IMG/VR virus record: IMGVR_UViG_3300013126_000009
Direction: 5' to 3' (one strand)
DNA: 64,000 nucleotides
From: a virus
Lineage: Duplodnaviria; Heunggongvirae; Uroviricota; Caudoviricetes
Shown here: positions 47,679 to 59,000 of the stretch, piece by piece
Position numbering within the stretch: the first letter of the stretch is position 1
Layout: the number at the start of each line of letters is the position of its first letter
Position numbers and translations under genes: made by a program
Notes under the pieces: generated by a model
What the model was told of the DNA's origin: nothing
Seen by the model: only the letters and a program-made list of their open reading frames with translations
The model's database searches: none

Positions 47679-48923
47679 ATGCTACTCACTGAAAATCAAT
47701 ATAGACAGTTATTGGAGGCTTTGAATTTAAAGTCACCATTTATGAATTTATCTGTAGGTAAAATCATTGTTATTACAGCCAAAAGTAAACAGAGCGGTGA
47801 ACCTTTTGATTTTAAATTCAAGGTTGTTGAGGATTTGGGTGATTCTTGGAGATTGGAGAGTTTAACCGAGGGTTCAACATTCACTGGTTTTGATTGGGTT
47901 GTTAAAAAGAACGAGGATGTAAGTGATGCTGATATTAAATCAACTTTAAAAGGTAAGAAGAGTAAAAAGGAAAGACCATATACATTAAAGAGGATTACAA
48001 CAATGGATTTGGAAGACCCATCAGACATTGATGGTGAAGATGAGGCTCCAGTTGATGGTGAGGATGTTGAACATCCAGAAGAAAGTGAAATTGAACGGTT
48101 AAAAGCTTTAATGAAGGAAGAAGAGGGTTTCTTCTTTGAAACTGATAATGTTGATAAAATTATTTTCAATGTTCTCGAAAAAACAGATGCTTATGCTGTT
48201 ATCCAACTTATGAAGACTGAAGATTCAGATTATAAAGATGATGTCAATAAGCGGTTTAAATTAATGTTTAATGATGAAGCCATTGAAGAATCAGATGAGG
48301 GTGATAAATTTATTAATTTAACTAATGTTGATGATAATATTGCGGATAGGTTAGTAAATGTAACTGATTATAATGTTACTGAATGGGTTGATAAATCTGA
48401 TGATGATGATGAAGATAATCAAGATGAAAAATTATCATCGAAAGGGTTATTTAATATTATAAATTCAGACCCTAGTCTTAAAAAGTTTTTTGTTGATAGG
48501 CCTAAACTATTGGGTTTTATTGAAGGCGCTGATTATACTGGATTGTCTAGAGTATATCAAATATTAAATGATAAGGGTTTTATATCTGATGACGATGAAG
48601 TCAATAATATTAGAACTGAATTTACCAATAATAGATTTGTTGAATTTAGATATTTAGAGGATATTACTTTAAATACAAGACCTGGTTCAAACGAATCTAA
48701 ACTATTACTTAGACGTGGTTCAGATATTAAAGCTAAAATTCAAAAATCAAAAGGTAAAATAAATTTAAAATATTCGTATAAAATAGATAATAAAAAATCT
48801 ATTACAGTTAAAATCTTATTAAAAAATGAACTTGGTGGTAATAAGTTTGGTATTGAGGTTTATACTGATAACCATATACCTAAAGAAACTACAATAAATG
48901 TCATTAAAAATAATATTTTTTAA
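47679..48923 (+). CDS. Acidic multi-domain hypothetical protein
   Basis: 414 aa; N-terminal domain is similar to that of the WYL protein. Confidence 0.7.
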   Translation: MLLTENQYRQLLEALNLKSPFMNLSVGKIIVITAKSKQSGEPFDFKFKVVEDLGDSWRLESLTEGSTFTGFDWVVKKNEDVSDADIKSTLKGKKSKKERPYTLKRITTMDLEDPSDIDGEDEAPVDGEDVEHPEESEIERLKALMKEEEGFFFETDNVDKIIFNVLEKTDAYAVIQLMKTEDSDYKDDVNKRFKLMFNDEAIEESDEGDKFINLTNVDDNIADRLVNVTDYNVTEWVDKSDDDDEDNQDEKLSSKGLFNIINSDPSLKKFFVDRPKLLGFIEGADYTGLSRVYQILNDKGFISDDDEVNNIRTEFTNNRFVEFRYLEDITLNTRPGSNESKLLLRRGSDIKAKIQKSKGKINLKYSYKIDNKKSITVKILLKNELGGNKFGIEVYTDNHIPKETTINVIKNNIF

Positions 48924-48930
48924 ATAAGTT

Positions 48931-51423
48931 ATGGTAAGTAATAATTGGGATGATATAGCTAAAAGATTAGCCGAACAGGAAGCTTTACAAAATAAAGTAA
49001 ATACTAGTGCGGCTGAATATCTTAAATTAATAAAAGAGATTGGTCTTTTAGAGCAAAATATAAAAAAATTAAAAGACCAACAAGCTGAATTAGACCAAAA
49101 AGCTCGTGAGTCTGCTGCGGAAGAAGCCGCAGCTCTACAGGCTTATAATGCGCTTCAAAATAGTAATAATACCCAAGCTATAGCCGCTGCAAAACAAAAA
49201 CTTAAAGAAGCAAAAAAAGCTAGCAAAGTAGCCGAAGGTTTAGTTAAATACAATAAAAAGCAAACAAAAAAATTAGAGGAGCAATTAAAAATTCAACAAC
49301 AAATCGCTAAAGAAGCTAATAAAGCTAATATTGCATATGTTGAAGCTGGTAAAATTTGGAGTAAGTTACCAGGTCTAGCTCAAAGTTTTTATGGTAAATT
49401 AAAGAATTTGGCAGCGGTTCAAATGTCAAAAGACATTAAAGCTGCTGAATTAAGTATGGGTATACTTAATGGTCAATCAAAGTTCTTTTCAAAGACAATT
49501 TCAACAGCTTCTGAATCAACAATACAGTTGGGTGTTGGTGTAAGTGATTTGGCTAAAGGACAAGCTGAATATTCAGCTGAGATAGGTAGGTCAGTAATGT
49601 TATCTGAGGCTGGATACCAAGCAATGGCTGAAATGGCTAAGGGTACAACTTTGGGTATGCAAGGTGCTGCTCAAATGGCTGCTGATATGGAGCGTTTTGG
49701 TTTGGGTGTTGAATCATCAAGAAATGCGGTTCAAGAGACTGTTGATATTGCACATAGTATGGGTGTTAATGCTGAAAAAGCGTTAAAGGGTCTTAGTAAG
49801 AATCTTAAGATTGCCAATACGTATCACTTTAAAGGTGGTGTTAAAGGTATGGCTGAGATGGCCGTATTCGCTGAAAAAATGAAAGTGGATATGGGTTCGA
49901 TAGCTGGTATGGCTGGAAAAGTATTCAGACCAGAGGGTGCTGTTGAAATGGCGGCACAATTGCAGACCATGGGTGGGTCTTTTGCTAGATTGGGTAACCC
50001 ATTTGAGTTGATGTTCAAAGCTAGAAATGATTTCGGTGCTTTCACAAAGGATGTGGCAAATGCAACGGCTGAATTGGCGCAATTCAATGAAAATTCTGGT
50101 GAGTTTGAAATTGGTGGTCTTCAATTGGACAGAATGCGAGAGATTGCAAAGATAACTGGTATTAGTGAGGAACAATTATCTGAAATGGCAAAAGCTGCCG
50201 CCAAATTCAATAAGATTGAATCATTGGTTCCAAGCACATTTGAAGAAGATGATAAACAATTAATATCATCGTTGGCACAAATGGGTGAAGATGGTCAATG
50301 GCGAGTACATATTGATAATCAAGATATGTTGCTTAATCAATTGGATACAAATGCGCTTAAAAGATATAAAGATGAAAAACAAGCCTTAGATGCTAGAGCC
50401 AAACAAGCACAGACGTTTGATGATGCTTTTAATAATTTGGTTAATCAATTTAAAACAGTGATGTTACCATTTGTTGAAGCATTAAATACTGCTTTGGTTC
50501 AACCAATCGCTAATTTACAAGAATTATTAAAAAATGAAAATGTATTAGCTAATCTTAAATCATTAGCTGAAAAAGTCGGTACATTAATAGGTTCTATCGG
50601 TAAGTTTATTATTGAAAACCCTGTAGCTAGTTTAGTGACGGCATTGGGTGGTACAGTTTTTTTTAATGCCGCTAAATGGTATGCTCAAGGTGTGCAATTG
50701 GGTATGGGCTTTAATAGTGTAGCTAAGGCTGGTGGTAAAAGTGGATTACAAGATTCTTTTTTAGATAAAACTCTATTAGGTAAGGGTACCAAAGGTAAAA
50801 TGGTTAGAAATTTATTACCAAAAATTGGTAAAACTGGTACTAAGTTAGCTGTTGGTGGTGCAAAATTGGCAAGTGGTGCGGCAGGTTTAGGTGCTGGCTT
50901 TTTGGGTGACTTTTTAGGCGGTAAAGGTAGTGAAGCTATGGGTTTAGAAGACACCGCAATTGGTGATGCGGGTTCATTGGCTGGCGGACTTATTGGTGGT
51001 GCAATTGGTCAAACACTGATACCAATACCAGGTGTTGGGTTTGCAATAGGCTCATTGGCTGGTTCAGCATTAGGTAAGATGGGTGGTGACGCGATATCAA
51101 CAAATTTTGTAGATGACGCAATCATAAAATTCAATCCACAGGATAAGATTGTATCAATGGATGATGGTCTTGTGGCATCAACAAATAAGGGTAAAATTGA
51201 TGAATTAGTTCAAGGTAAAGGTGTTAAAAAACAAAAAATTGAGTTCGGAAAGCTTGAAATTGGTGGTAAGATATCGATAGATATGCCTGGTGGAAATGTT
51301 GCCAATATTGATTTAACACGAGAGCCAGAATTTGTAAGAAAACTGTCAACTATGATACAAGAACAGCTTAGAACTAACCTTGCAGGTGGTAAATTATCAC
51401 CAAATCCGATACCGAGATACTAA
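48931..51423 (+). CDS. Tape measure protein
   Basis: 830 aa, Ala/Lys-rich helical protein with a Gly-rich GAIGQTLIPIPGVGFAIG segment; located after the chaperone genes. Confidence 0.8.
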   Translation: MVSNNWDDIAKRLAEQEALQNKVNTSAAEYLKLIKEIGLLEQNIKKLKDQQAELDQKARESAAEEAAALQAYNALQNSNNTQAIAAAKQKLKEAKKASKVAEGLVKYNKKQTKKLEEQLKIQQQIAKEANKANIAYVEAGKIWSKLPGLAQSFYGKLKNLAAVQMSKDIKAAELSMGILNGQSKFFSKTISTASESTIQLGVGVSDLAKGQAEYSAEIGRSVMLSEAGYQAMAEMAKGTTLGMQGAAQMAADMERFGLGVESSRNAVQETVDIAHSMGVNAEKALKGLSKNLKIANTYHFKGGVKGMAEMAVFAEKMKVDMGSIAGMAGKVFRPEGAVEMAAQLQTMGGSFARLGNPFELMFKARNDFGAFTKDVANATAELAQFNENSGEFEIGGLQLDRMREIAKITGISEEQLSEMAKAAAKFNKIESLVPSTFEEDDKQLISSLAQMGEDGQWRVHIDNQDMLLNQLDTNALKRYKDEKQALDARAKQAQTFDDAFNNLVNQFKTVMLPFVEALNTALVQPIANLQELLKNENVLANLKSLAEKVGTLIGSIGKFIIENPVASLVTALGGTVFFNAAKWYAQGVQLGMGFNSVAKAGGKSGLQDSFLDKTLLGKGTKGKMVRNLLPKIGKTGTKLAVGGAKLASGAAGLGAGFLGDFLGGKGSEAMGLEDTAIGDAGSLAGGLIGGAIGQTLIPIPGVGFAIGSLAGSALGKMGGDAISTNFVDDAIIKFNPQDKIVSMDDGLVASTNKGKIDELVQGKGVKKQKIEFGKLEIGGKISIDMPGGNVANIDLTREPEFVRKLSTMIQEQLRTNLAGGKLSPNPIPRY

Positions 51424-51449
51424 TAATTTGATTTTTTTCACTAAGAGAC

Positions 51450-51591
51450 TTGACTTTTGGTAAAAAATATTGTTAATTTGCATTAACCTAACGGGGGGAA
51501 TAAAAGGGGGGCCAATATAACTAAATATATATAATTAATAATATATAATATAAATAATAATATAATATATATTATATACTTTTATAGTATA
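51450..51591 (+). other. Non-coding element: promoter + G6-AATAAAA-G6 + 57-nt pure A/T tract (candidate replication origin)
   Basis: TTGACT 51450-55, TTAATTTG 51473-80, G6 51493-98, G6 51506-11, A/T only 51522-51578. Confidence 0.4.
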
Positions 51592-51661
51592 GTGACTTAT
51601 TTTGAGTATAGTAGTTTTCAATTTTCAATGATTAAACTATTTATGGTAAAGGATAAGTTAA

Positions 51662-54600
51662 ATGGATATAAGTAGTTTATCACCAAGTATTAGAGAAAGT
51701 TTACTTGCAAGGAATATTATTTCAGATACTGTTGAAGAAAATGGTCTTTCTGGTTTATTATTTGATATTGGTCAGTTAGCAAGTACTACCAATGGTACAC
51801 AGAATGTTAGACCTTCTGACAATATAGAAGAACTTGGTGATTTATATAAGGATTTATTGATAATCAATAATAAATTTCAAGGTGAACTAACAGATTACCA
51901 AAGAGTATCCATAGTAACAACACCAATTAATTATTCAGACGGACAACCGTATAATACAAGTCCAGAACCAGCAAATAGTCCAATAGTTCAAAACAGTGAA
52001 TTTTATAAAGAGTTCAATGCTTTAAAGAACAAATATCAAGGTTTATTAGAGAATAATACAACAATATCTTTAGTTACATATCAACCAACTGAAGAGACCT
52101 TTATCAATTATGATTATAGTTTAGCTGATTTAGGTACAAGTGATGATTCAAAATCATATAGGAAAAATATTACTACTAAGAACAAATATTTAGATTTTGA
52201 ATCTCAAATATTAGCTGATATTATAACTACACCAGTTGTTACTGATAAGAATTTACCAAATTATGCTGAAAGAATGGCTGGTATTGTTGGCGGAGGACCC
52301 TCTAACAACGCTTCTACGGTCATAGATAATCTTTTAGGTGGTATTGTTCCAAATTATTCAGTTAGTGGCACAGACCCGTTATTTGACGTTACAAGCCTTT
52401 TAAGTGGTGGTAGAAGCACTGATACACCAGAAACACCGTTAGGTATTATTGCTGCTGATAGATTAGGTTTTGCAATAAGACAGAATGCTGCATTCAATTT
52501 AGTTGAAGAAACATTAGGTAATATCAATACCAATCCAATAAGTATACTTCAAGGTGATAGTTTTCTAATACCAAATTATAGTATAACCGTTGCAAAGGGT
52601 ACTGCTGGAGGATTTTTGGATTATGCGGAACGCATATTAGGATTTCAAACACCAGTAAGTCTATTATCAACAACGTCATCTATATTTTCATCAGAGAACC
52701 CTATTGGTAATATTGAAAGGGCTAACAGTATGATTGAGAATACTGGTAGAGGTCAGATTGAAGCTTTATTTTTCAATTTACGTCAAAATTTATTAAGTTC
52801 TAACGATAGAAAAAGCGGATATGCACCAGGTTTCAGAGACCCAAGAAGTCCAAATCAAGGTTTAAATGCTAATATATATGCTTTTCAAACCACTGATGGT
52901 CAAGTGATTGATATTGAATTTGGTTCAGAGAATAATCCGATATCAAGAAGTAACTATCAATTGGAAGGGATGGTTAGGGATTCTGGTTTTCAATCATTAG
53001 CTGATAAGACAATAACAGTCGATGACGGTGATGGTGGTAGTGAAACGATACCATTTACATGGGGGTTGGATAGTAGAAATTTTGATAAGAAATCAATGTT
53101 GGGTAAAACTCAACAATTATTTAATGCTGGTGCTGGTATTGATTCTATTCAAAATGAAAAGATGAAAACTATGGTCAATGACCGTTTTAGGATTCAAGAT
53201 AAGACAGAGGTTAATTCAGCTGTTGTTAATAATAACGGGTTTAGCTATGCTTCTAGGGGTAGTAATAAGGTTAAATTCAATGGTCAAACTCAGGAAAGTG
53301 ACCCAGAAACAATGTTTTTCAGAACGTTTAATTCATCAAGAAGATATGATAGGGTTAATAGATTACAGAAACATAGTGGTGTTTTAGGTAATGCTGGTAC
53401 CAATCAAAGACGTAACACTGAAAAATCGGTATTAGATGATAATGGTTTTGTTAAAATAACACCATATAGTGACCAACCATCAGATTTTAGTAGACAAGGT
53501 GACCTTTCAATACTTCCAGCTGTTGAAACTAAAAAATATATGTTTTCAATTGAGAATTTGGCATGGGCTGGTTATGAACAAAATTTAATTCCAGAAGAAA
53601 TTGGTAATGGTGACCCAACGACAGGTAAACGAGGTAGAATAATGTGGTTTCCACCTTATGATATGGCGTTTACTGATAACACATCAGTTAATTGGGAAAA
53701 AACAGATTTTATTGGTAGAGGTGAACCAATTTATACATACAATAATACAACTAGAACTGGTACATTACAGTTCAAAATGATTATTGACCATCCAGCGTAT
53801 TTGAATAGTTTAAAAGGTGAAAGTGATGAGTTGATAAGTTCATTCTTTGCTGGTGGTTTTGAAGTTGATGATAGAGTTAGAAGCCGACTATCAGCAAATG
53901 AATTGCAAGCTCTTGAAATAGCTAACAACCAAGCAATTGATAAAGTCAACAATACACCTCAACCAGAGCCACCTGAATTCACAATATATTTCCCATATAA
54001 TGATAGTTTATTAAGTGATGTTTTAGATAATGGTTTTGAAGATGGTTTAAGTGGCAGTACTGACATAAATTATCAACAAAACCCAAATGGTTATGGTGCT
54101 GGTTTAGGTAGTTATGGTGACGAAGATGGAATTACTAGAACTGATTTTACAAATTATGGTCTAAACGAAGGTAAATCATCAATTCAATTTTTTGAAAGTT
54201 TAGCTGAAGGTATGACAAATTGCCAAGCCTGTAGAGTAATAATAACAACATATGGCGTTACTGGTGAATCTGATTTAGCTAGAAGGGGTCGTGGTGTTGA
54301 AATACAGAATTGGTTTGAAAATGAAATAATACAGTTTCAAGATGTTGATAGCAATGGGGCATCATTAGTTAATAAACGTTATAAATTAGTTGATGGAGGT
54401 ACAATTAATGTACCATTAGTTGATTTTAATGGAGTTCCTTTGAGAACTGATAACAAAATCTTCAAAGAAAATATAAAGGTAACAGTCCAATTCAAATTTG
54501 ATTCTGTATTAGCCGAATTAATAAATCCAAACAAAAAACAACCTCAAAGAGAAACGATTGAATTTAATCTTAATCAAAAAGTTAAAAGTAGATGGTATAA

Positions 54601-55690
54601 TGAGTCGTTGTATTTTAAAAAATTAGCTCAGGAAAATAAATTTGTCTATAACTCAATAAGTGAGAAAATATCATTTTTTCACCCATCATTTCATTCAATA
54701 ACACCAGAAGGTTTTAATAGTCGATTAACCTTCTTACAGCAATGTACCAGACAAGGACCAACAGGGTTTTTTAAGGATGAAGCTGGTAACACGATAACCA
54801 ATTTAAATAATGTATCAAACGCTACTAGAAATTGTAGTCCTGACAATTTAGCTTTCGGTCGACCACCAATTTGTATACTAAGAATTGGTGATTTTTACCA
54901 CACAAAGATTGTGATTGACTCAATGAACTTCAGTTTTGACCCATTAGTTTGGGATTTAAACCCAGAGGGTGTTGGTGTACAACCTATGATATGTACTGTA
55001 GACCTTAATTTCGCATTTATTGGTGGTTCTAGTTTGAGCGCACCTATAAATAGATTACAAAATGCGGTATCATATAACTTCTTTGCAAACACTGAAATGT
55101 ACAGTCCACAATCTGACACGGTTGATGGTGAGTTTGGTAATGCTACAATTAATAGAGGTAAATACCCAACAACATTGGTTGACCCAATTGATGAAGACCC
55201 AGTTGATACTGAAGGTATTGATACAAATAACACAATTGTTCCAGATACAAATCAAGAACAAGAAGCAGATTCAGCAAATGATGCTAATCAACCACCAGTC
55301 GAGGTTTCGCCAGAACAATCTGATTTTGAACGATTAACAATCAGTAGAGCGTTCTGGGATGGCACCACTCTTAATTTTTCAATAACTAGAGTTGAGGGTA
55401 CTGATAATACAGCATTGTCTAAAGATTATATAATATCTGTTAAGGTTGATGATAGCACCACAGTTAATGTATCGGCTGCGGTTCAAGATGTCCAATATCC
55501 TAACCAACAGCTTAACAGCGTTGATTTAGCTCAGACATATATTTTAGAAATCACCGCTATTACATATGGAACCAGTGATAACCAAAATTATGATGTTAAC
55601 CAGTTTGAGTTTCCTGGTCTATTAAATAAACTAACGGTTACTTTAGATGGTATAGATACACCATTAACAGCTAACATAACAACTAATTAA
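51662..55690 (+). CDS. Large baseplate/tail-tube-initiator-like structural protein
   Basis: 1342 aa; WFPPYD..FTD....W....FIGRGEPIYTYNNT.R and PPICILRIGDFYHTKIVI tube-initiator-like segments; follows the tape measure gene. Confidence 0.55.
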   Translation: MDISSLSPSIRESLLARNIISDTVEENGLSGLLFDIGQLASTTNGTQNVRPSDNIEELGDLYKDLLIINNKFQGELTDYQRVSIVTTPINYSDGQPYNTSPEPANSPIVQNSEFYKEFNALKNKYQGLLENNTTISLVTYQPTEETFINYDYSLADLGTSDDSKSYRKNITTKNKYLDFESQILADIITTPVVTDKNLPNYAERMAGIVGGGPSNNASTVIDNLLGGIVPNYSVSGTDPLFDVTSLLSGGRSTDTPETPLGIIAADRLGFAIRQNAAFNLVEETLGNINTNPISILQGDSFLIPNYSITVAKGTAGGFLDYAERILGFQTPVSLLSTTSSIFSSENPIGNIERANSMIENTGRGQIEALFFNLRQNLLSSNDRKSGYAPGFRDPRSPNQGLNANIYAFQTTDGQVIDIEFGSENNPISRSNYQLEGMVRDSGFQSLADKTITVDDGDGGSETIPFTWGLDSRNFDKKSMLGKTQQLFNAGAGIDSIQNEKMKTMVNDRFRIQDKTEVNSAVVNNNGFSYASRGSNKVKFNGQTQESDPETMFFRTFNSSRRYDRVNRLQKHSGVLGNAGTNQRRNTEKSVLDDNGFVKITPYSDQPSDFSRQGDLSILPAVETKKYMFSIENLAWAGYEQNLIPEEIGNGDPTTGKRGRIMWFPPYDMAFTDNTSVNWEKTDFIGRGEPIYTYNNTTRTGTLQFKMIIDHPAYLNSLKGESDELISSFFAGGFEVDDRVRSRLSANELQALEIANNQAIDKVNNTPQPEPPEFTIYFPYNDSLLSDVLDNGFEDGLSGSTDINYQQNPNGYGAGLGSYGDEDGITRTDFTNYGLNEGKSSIQFFESLAEGMTNCQACRVIITTYGVTGESDLARRGRGVEIQNWFENEIIQFQDVDSNGASLVNKRYKLVDGGTINVPLVDFNGVPLRTDNKIFKENIKVTVQFKFDSVLAELINPNKKQPQRETIEFNLNQKVKSRWYNESLYFKKLAQENKFVYNSISEKISFFHPSFHSITPEGFNSRLTFLQQCTRQGPTGFFKDEAGNTITNLNNVSNATRNCSPDNLAFGRPPICILRIGDFYHTKIVIDSMNFSFDPLVWDLNPEGVGVQPMICTVDLNFAFIGGSSLSAPINRLQNAVSYNFFANTEMYSPQSDTVDGEFGNATINRGKYPTTLVDPIDEDPVDTEGIDTNNTIVPDTNQEQEADSANDANQPPVEVSPEQSDFERLTISRAFWDGTTLNFSITRVEGTDNTALSKDYIISVKVDDSTTVNVSAAVQDVQYPNQQLNSVDLAQTYILEITAITYGTSDNQNYDVNQFEFPGLLNKLTVTLDGIDTPLTANITTN

Positions 55691-55703
55691 TTTTTAATAA
55701 CCA

Positions 55704-56018
55704 ATGCCTTATTTTGATAGATATGAAAAATTTAAAGTGAATGGTACTGTTAAGCCAGTGCCTGGTATAAAGATACCTATTGCGAATACAGATAAACAAG
55801 TTTTATACAAAGCTGGTGAAACAAGGCTTGACATATTGAGTCAAACCTATTATGGTAATGGTTATCATGGATTTCTAATTATGGCTGCGAATCCACAATA
55901 TGGTGGTTTGGAGTTTGATATTAAAGATAGGGATATAATTAGGGTTCCATTTCCATTTGACAGTGCTGTTGAAAGATATATCAGTGCTGTTAATAGGTAT
56001 AAAAACTTATATGGTTGA
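55704..56018 (+). CDS. LysM/gp53-like baseplate protein
   Basis: ETRLDILSQTYYG...LIMAANP...IIRVP. Confidence 0.7.
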   Translation: MPYFDRYEKFKVNGTVKPVPGIKIPIANTDKQVLYKAGETRLDILSQTYYGNGYHGFLIMAANPQYGGLEFDIKDRDIIRVPFPFDSAVERYISAVNRYKNLYG

Positions 56019-59000
56019 TAGACATGGATAATACACCAAAAATACCTAGAGCTTTATATGTTGACCCAAATAATTTGGATGATAATATATTAACTAATAC
56101 ACCTATTAATCATGAAGATTTATCGATATATGTCAGTTTAACCACAACATCAAAATCTCGTTCTAGAATTGTTAATGATACCCTAACAAATAGTGGTAAT
56201 AATATTGGTTTTATAAATTTCATACACGGAAGTAAAGTTGGCTCTGACGATTGCGATAGGTCACTTACGACTAGTTATACTGATATTAGTACAACTTTTG
56301 ATAAACCATCAGGTGATGATTCTTTAGAAGGTTTTGGTATTACATCTATCGACATATCATTTGATACCGCATATACACCATTAGTTAAAATTAATTTTAT
56401 TGACACTAGGGGTAATATGATAGCTAGAGGAAATAATTCAAAATACAGTATGTTTTTTGAATTACCATACCCATTATTTAATTTGACGGTTAAGGGTTAT
56501 TATGGTAAAGCGGTCAGTTATTGTTTACATTTAACCAAATGGAATGCCAAATTTAATTCACAAACTGGAAATTTTGAAATTGAGGCTGAATTCATAGGTT
56601 ACACTTATGCAATGTTAACCGATATGTTAATTGGTTATTTAAAGGCCATACCATATACAACCATTGGTAGTGAAGAATTTATAAATGTAAAATCAGATTA
56701 TGATAAAAAGATAGTTGATGCTGATGCTTCAAAGCAAACCAACACTATAAATGATTTGTTAGAAAAACTTGCAAAATTAAAGGGTGCAATACCAGATATA
56801 AAACAAAATAGTGAAAGTTTCCAAAAATTAGCTTCGTTAAACAAAGTCAATCAAATCTTATCACAGATAAAATCACTTAATCGAGAATTTATTTTAAGTT
56901 TAGGTGATGATGCTAATAGAATCGGTAGTGGTATAAGCGGTAATGATTTTGTATATGTAAAAGAAAAAAAAGATGATGTATTAAACGACTATAAATCTAA
57001 ACTAAACGAAAAAATTTCCGAAATAAACAAATATTTAAAATCTACTAAATTTGAACCAGAAAATATGTTACCAATTATTTCTGGACCACTTACATATCAA
57101 AAAATAAAAATTGGTGATTCAGCGAGTAATATTGAAACTTCAATTGATAATTTTATTAATGCGTCAAATAATGGTTATGATAAGACAATAGATACGGATA
57201 AAGATAGGGTAACAAATTTGATTAGAACTAATGACAGTAAATTATCAAAGTATACTGGTAATTTTTATGTTTATGACCTCAAAAAGAATGCAATAGAGAT
57301 AAATGAAATTATCGATGCTAATGAGGTATACGATAAAGAATTACGGGAAGAATTTTCTAAAGAGATTAGACGATACGGTAAGCGAAATTTTGATATAGAC
57401 CCTACGATTGGAACCATATTTAGAACATTAGTTGCTAGTTGTGATACTTTTTTAAGAACAATAGCTAGAGTGTCTGATAAAGCATCTAAATCTAACGATA
57501 GAATAAAACAACTGGAATCATTACTTAAAGCTGGTAGTTTAAATATTAAACAAAATTCGGACATTTATCCTTGGCCAGAATATAATAAAGATGGTAATGA
57601 AACATGGCTTGGTTCTGTAGTTGACGCCAACGAAGTTGATGAGTTAAAATTTGTTGAAGAATTATTAGAGGCTTTAATAAAGAGTAAACGGGATGATATT
57701 AATCTTTCGTCATTTTTAAACAACCCTCCACGCACTTGGTTTTGTTTAAATCCCTTAGATACACCAATAAGCATTTTTGGTTACAATAAAAACCCATATT
57801 TCAGATTAGGTAATAAAGCCAAACCTGACGAATATTTTAGGTTATTAATGTATCGAATGTTTATTTATTTAGGTATTGGTAACGCAGGTTATGATAATAA
57901 TAACGTACCAAATCCAGACCTGTTAGAATTTATGGCAAAGTTTGAGGCTTGGAACATGTTTGATGGTATAGGGTATGATGATTCCGATTTTACTAAAAAA
58001 TCAGCACTTGTCGATTTTTATAAAACAGCAGATTCTGTTATCAATTCATATACAAAGGGTGAATTTATGATTTCTGGTGATTTAAAACATCCAGCAGGTG
58101 GTACTATATATATGGATGAGGTTGCAGATGAATATAAATATACATATATTAACACTGAAGATACTGGTAGAGCCTACATACCGATAGATGGTGATTATGA
58201 TGGTATTGCGTTCTATAATGGATTTAAGCTGATTAATAACCCAGCACTATCTGGTAATGTAACTTCCACGTATTTAGGTAACTATGTTAATGGCACTTCT
58301 GAAGATAATAAAGTTGATGATGGTGCAACTTATTTGCGTATAATTGATTATACTACCTATGCTAATAGCGATTATACATTACCAGTAGAAAAAGCCACAA
58401 AGACCTATGATGACTATAAATCAAGTAATCTATATGGTAAATATCCAGAGGAAAACTCGTTAAATGAATCTGGCGGTGCATCAACAGATAGACCAAGATT
58501 AGTAAAAAATACCAACCCGATTGAGAGGGACAAATTTGGCGTTACCAATTTTTCTAAAGTCAAAGCGACATATGATGAAGCTAAATCAATATCTAACAGT
58601 GAAGGTTATTCGTTAATGTCACCATTATTTTTTTCAAACACAGAAAGTAACTATGGTACAAAATTAGGTGTAAATCCAAAATACGTAGGTAGTGATAAAT
58701 TAACTGTTACTGGTGGCGTTCCACAAAGGCCTGTTTTATATGAGTTTGAAAGTAACGGTAGTAATATACAAATCGTTAATAACCAAATAACTAATAATAA
58801 TACCGAAAATAATGTAGTAACAGATATTAGTTTTGGTTTTTCAAAAACTGGAGCGAGTTCAAGTTATTTATGGGGTGTGAGCTTATTCGGTAGCCCTTTG
58901 TATTATGCACAATCAATATCTAAGTCCCCCGATTTAGCTAAATCATTTTTATTTTTAAACACATTACCATTAAAAGGTTTAATTGATGGTACCGAAAATA

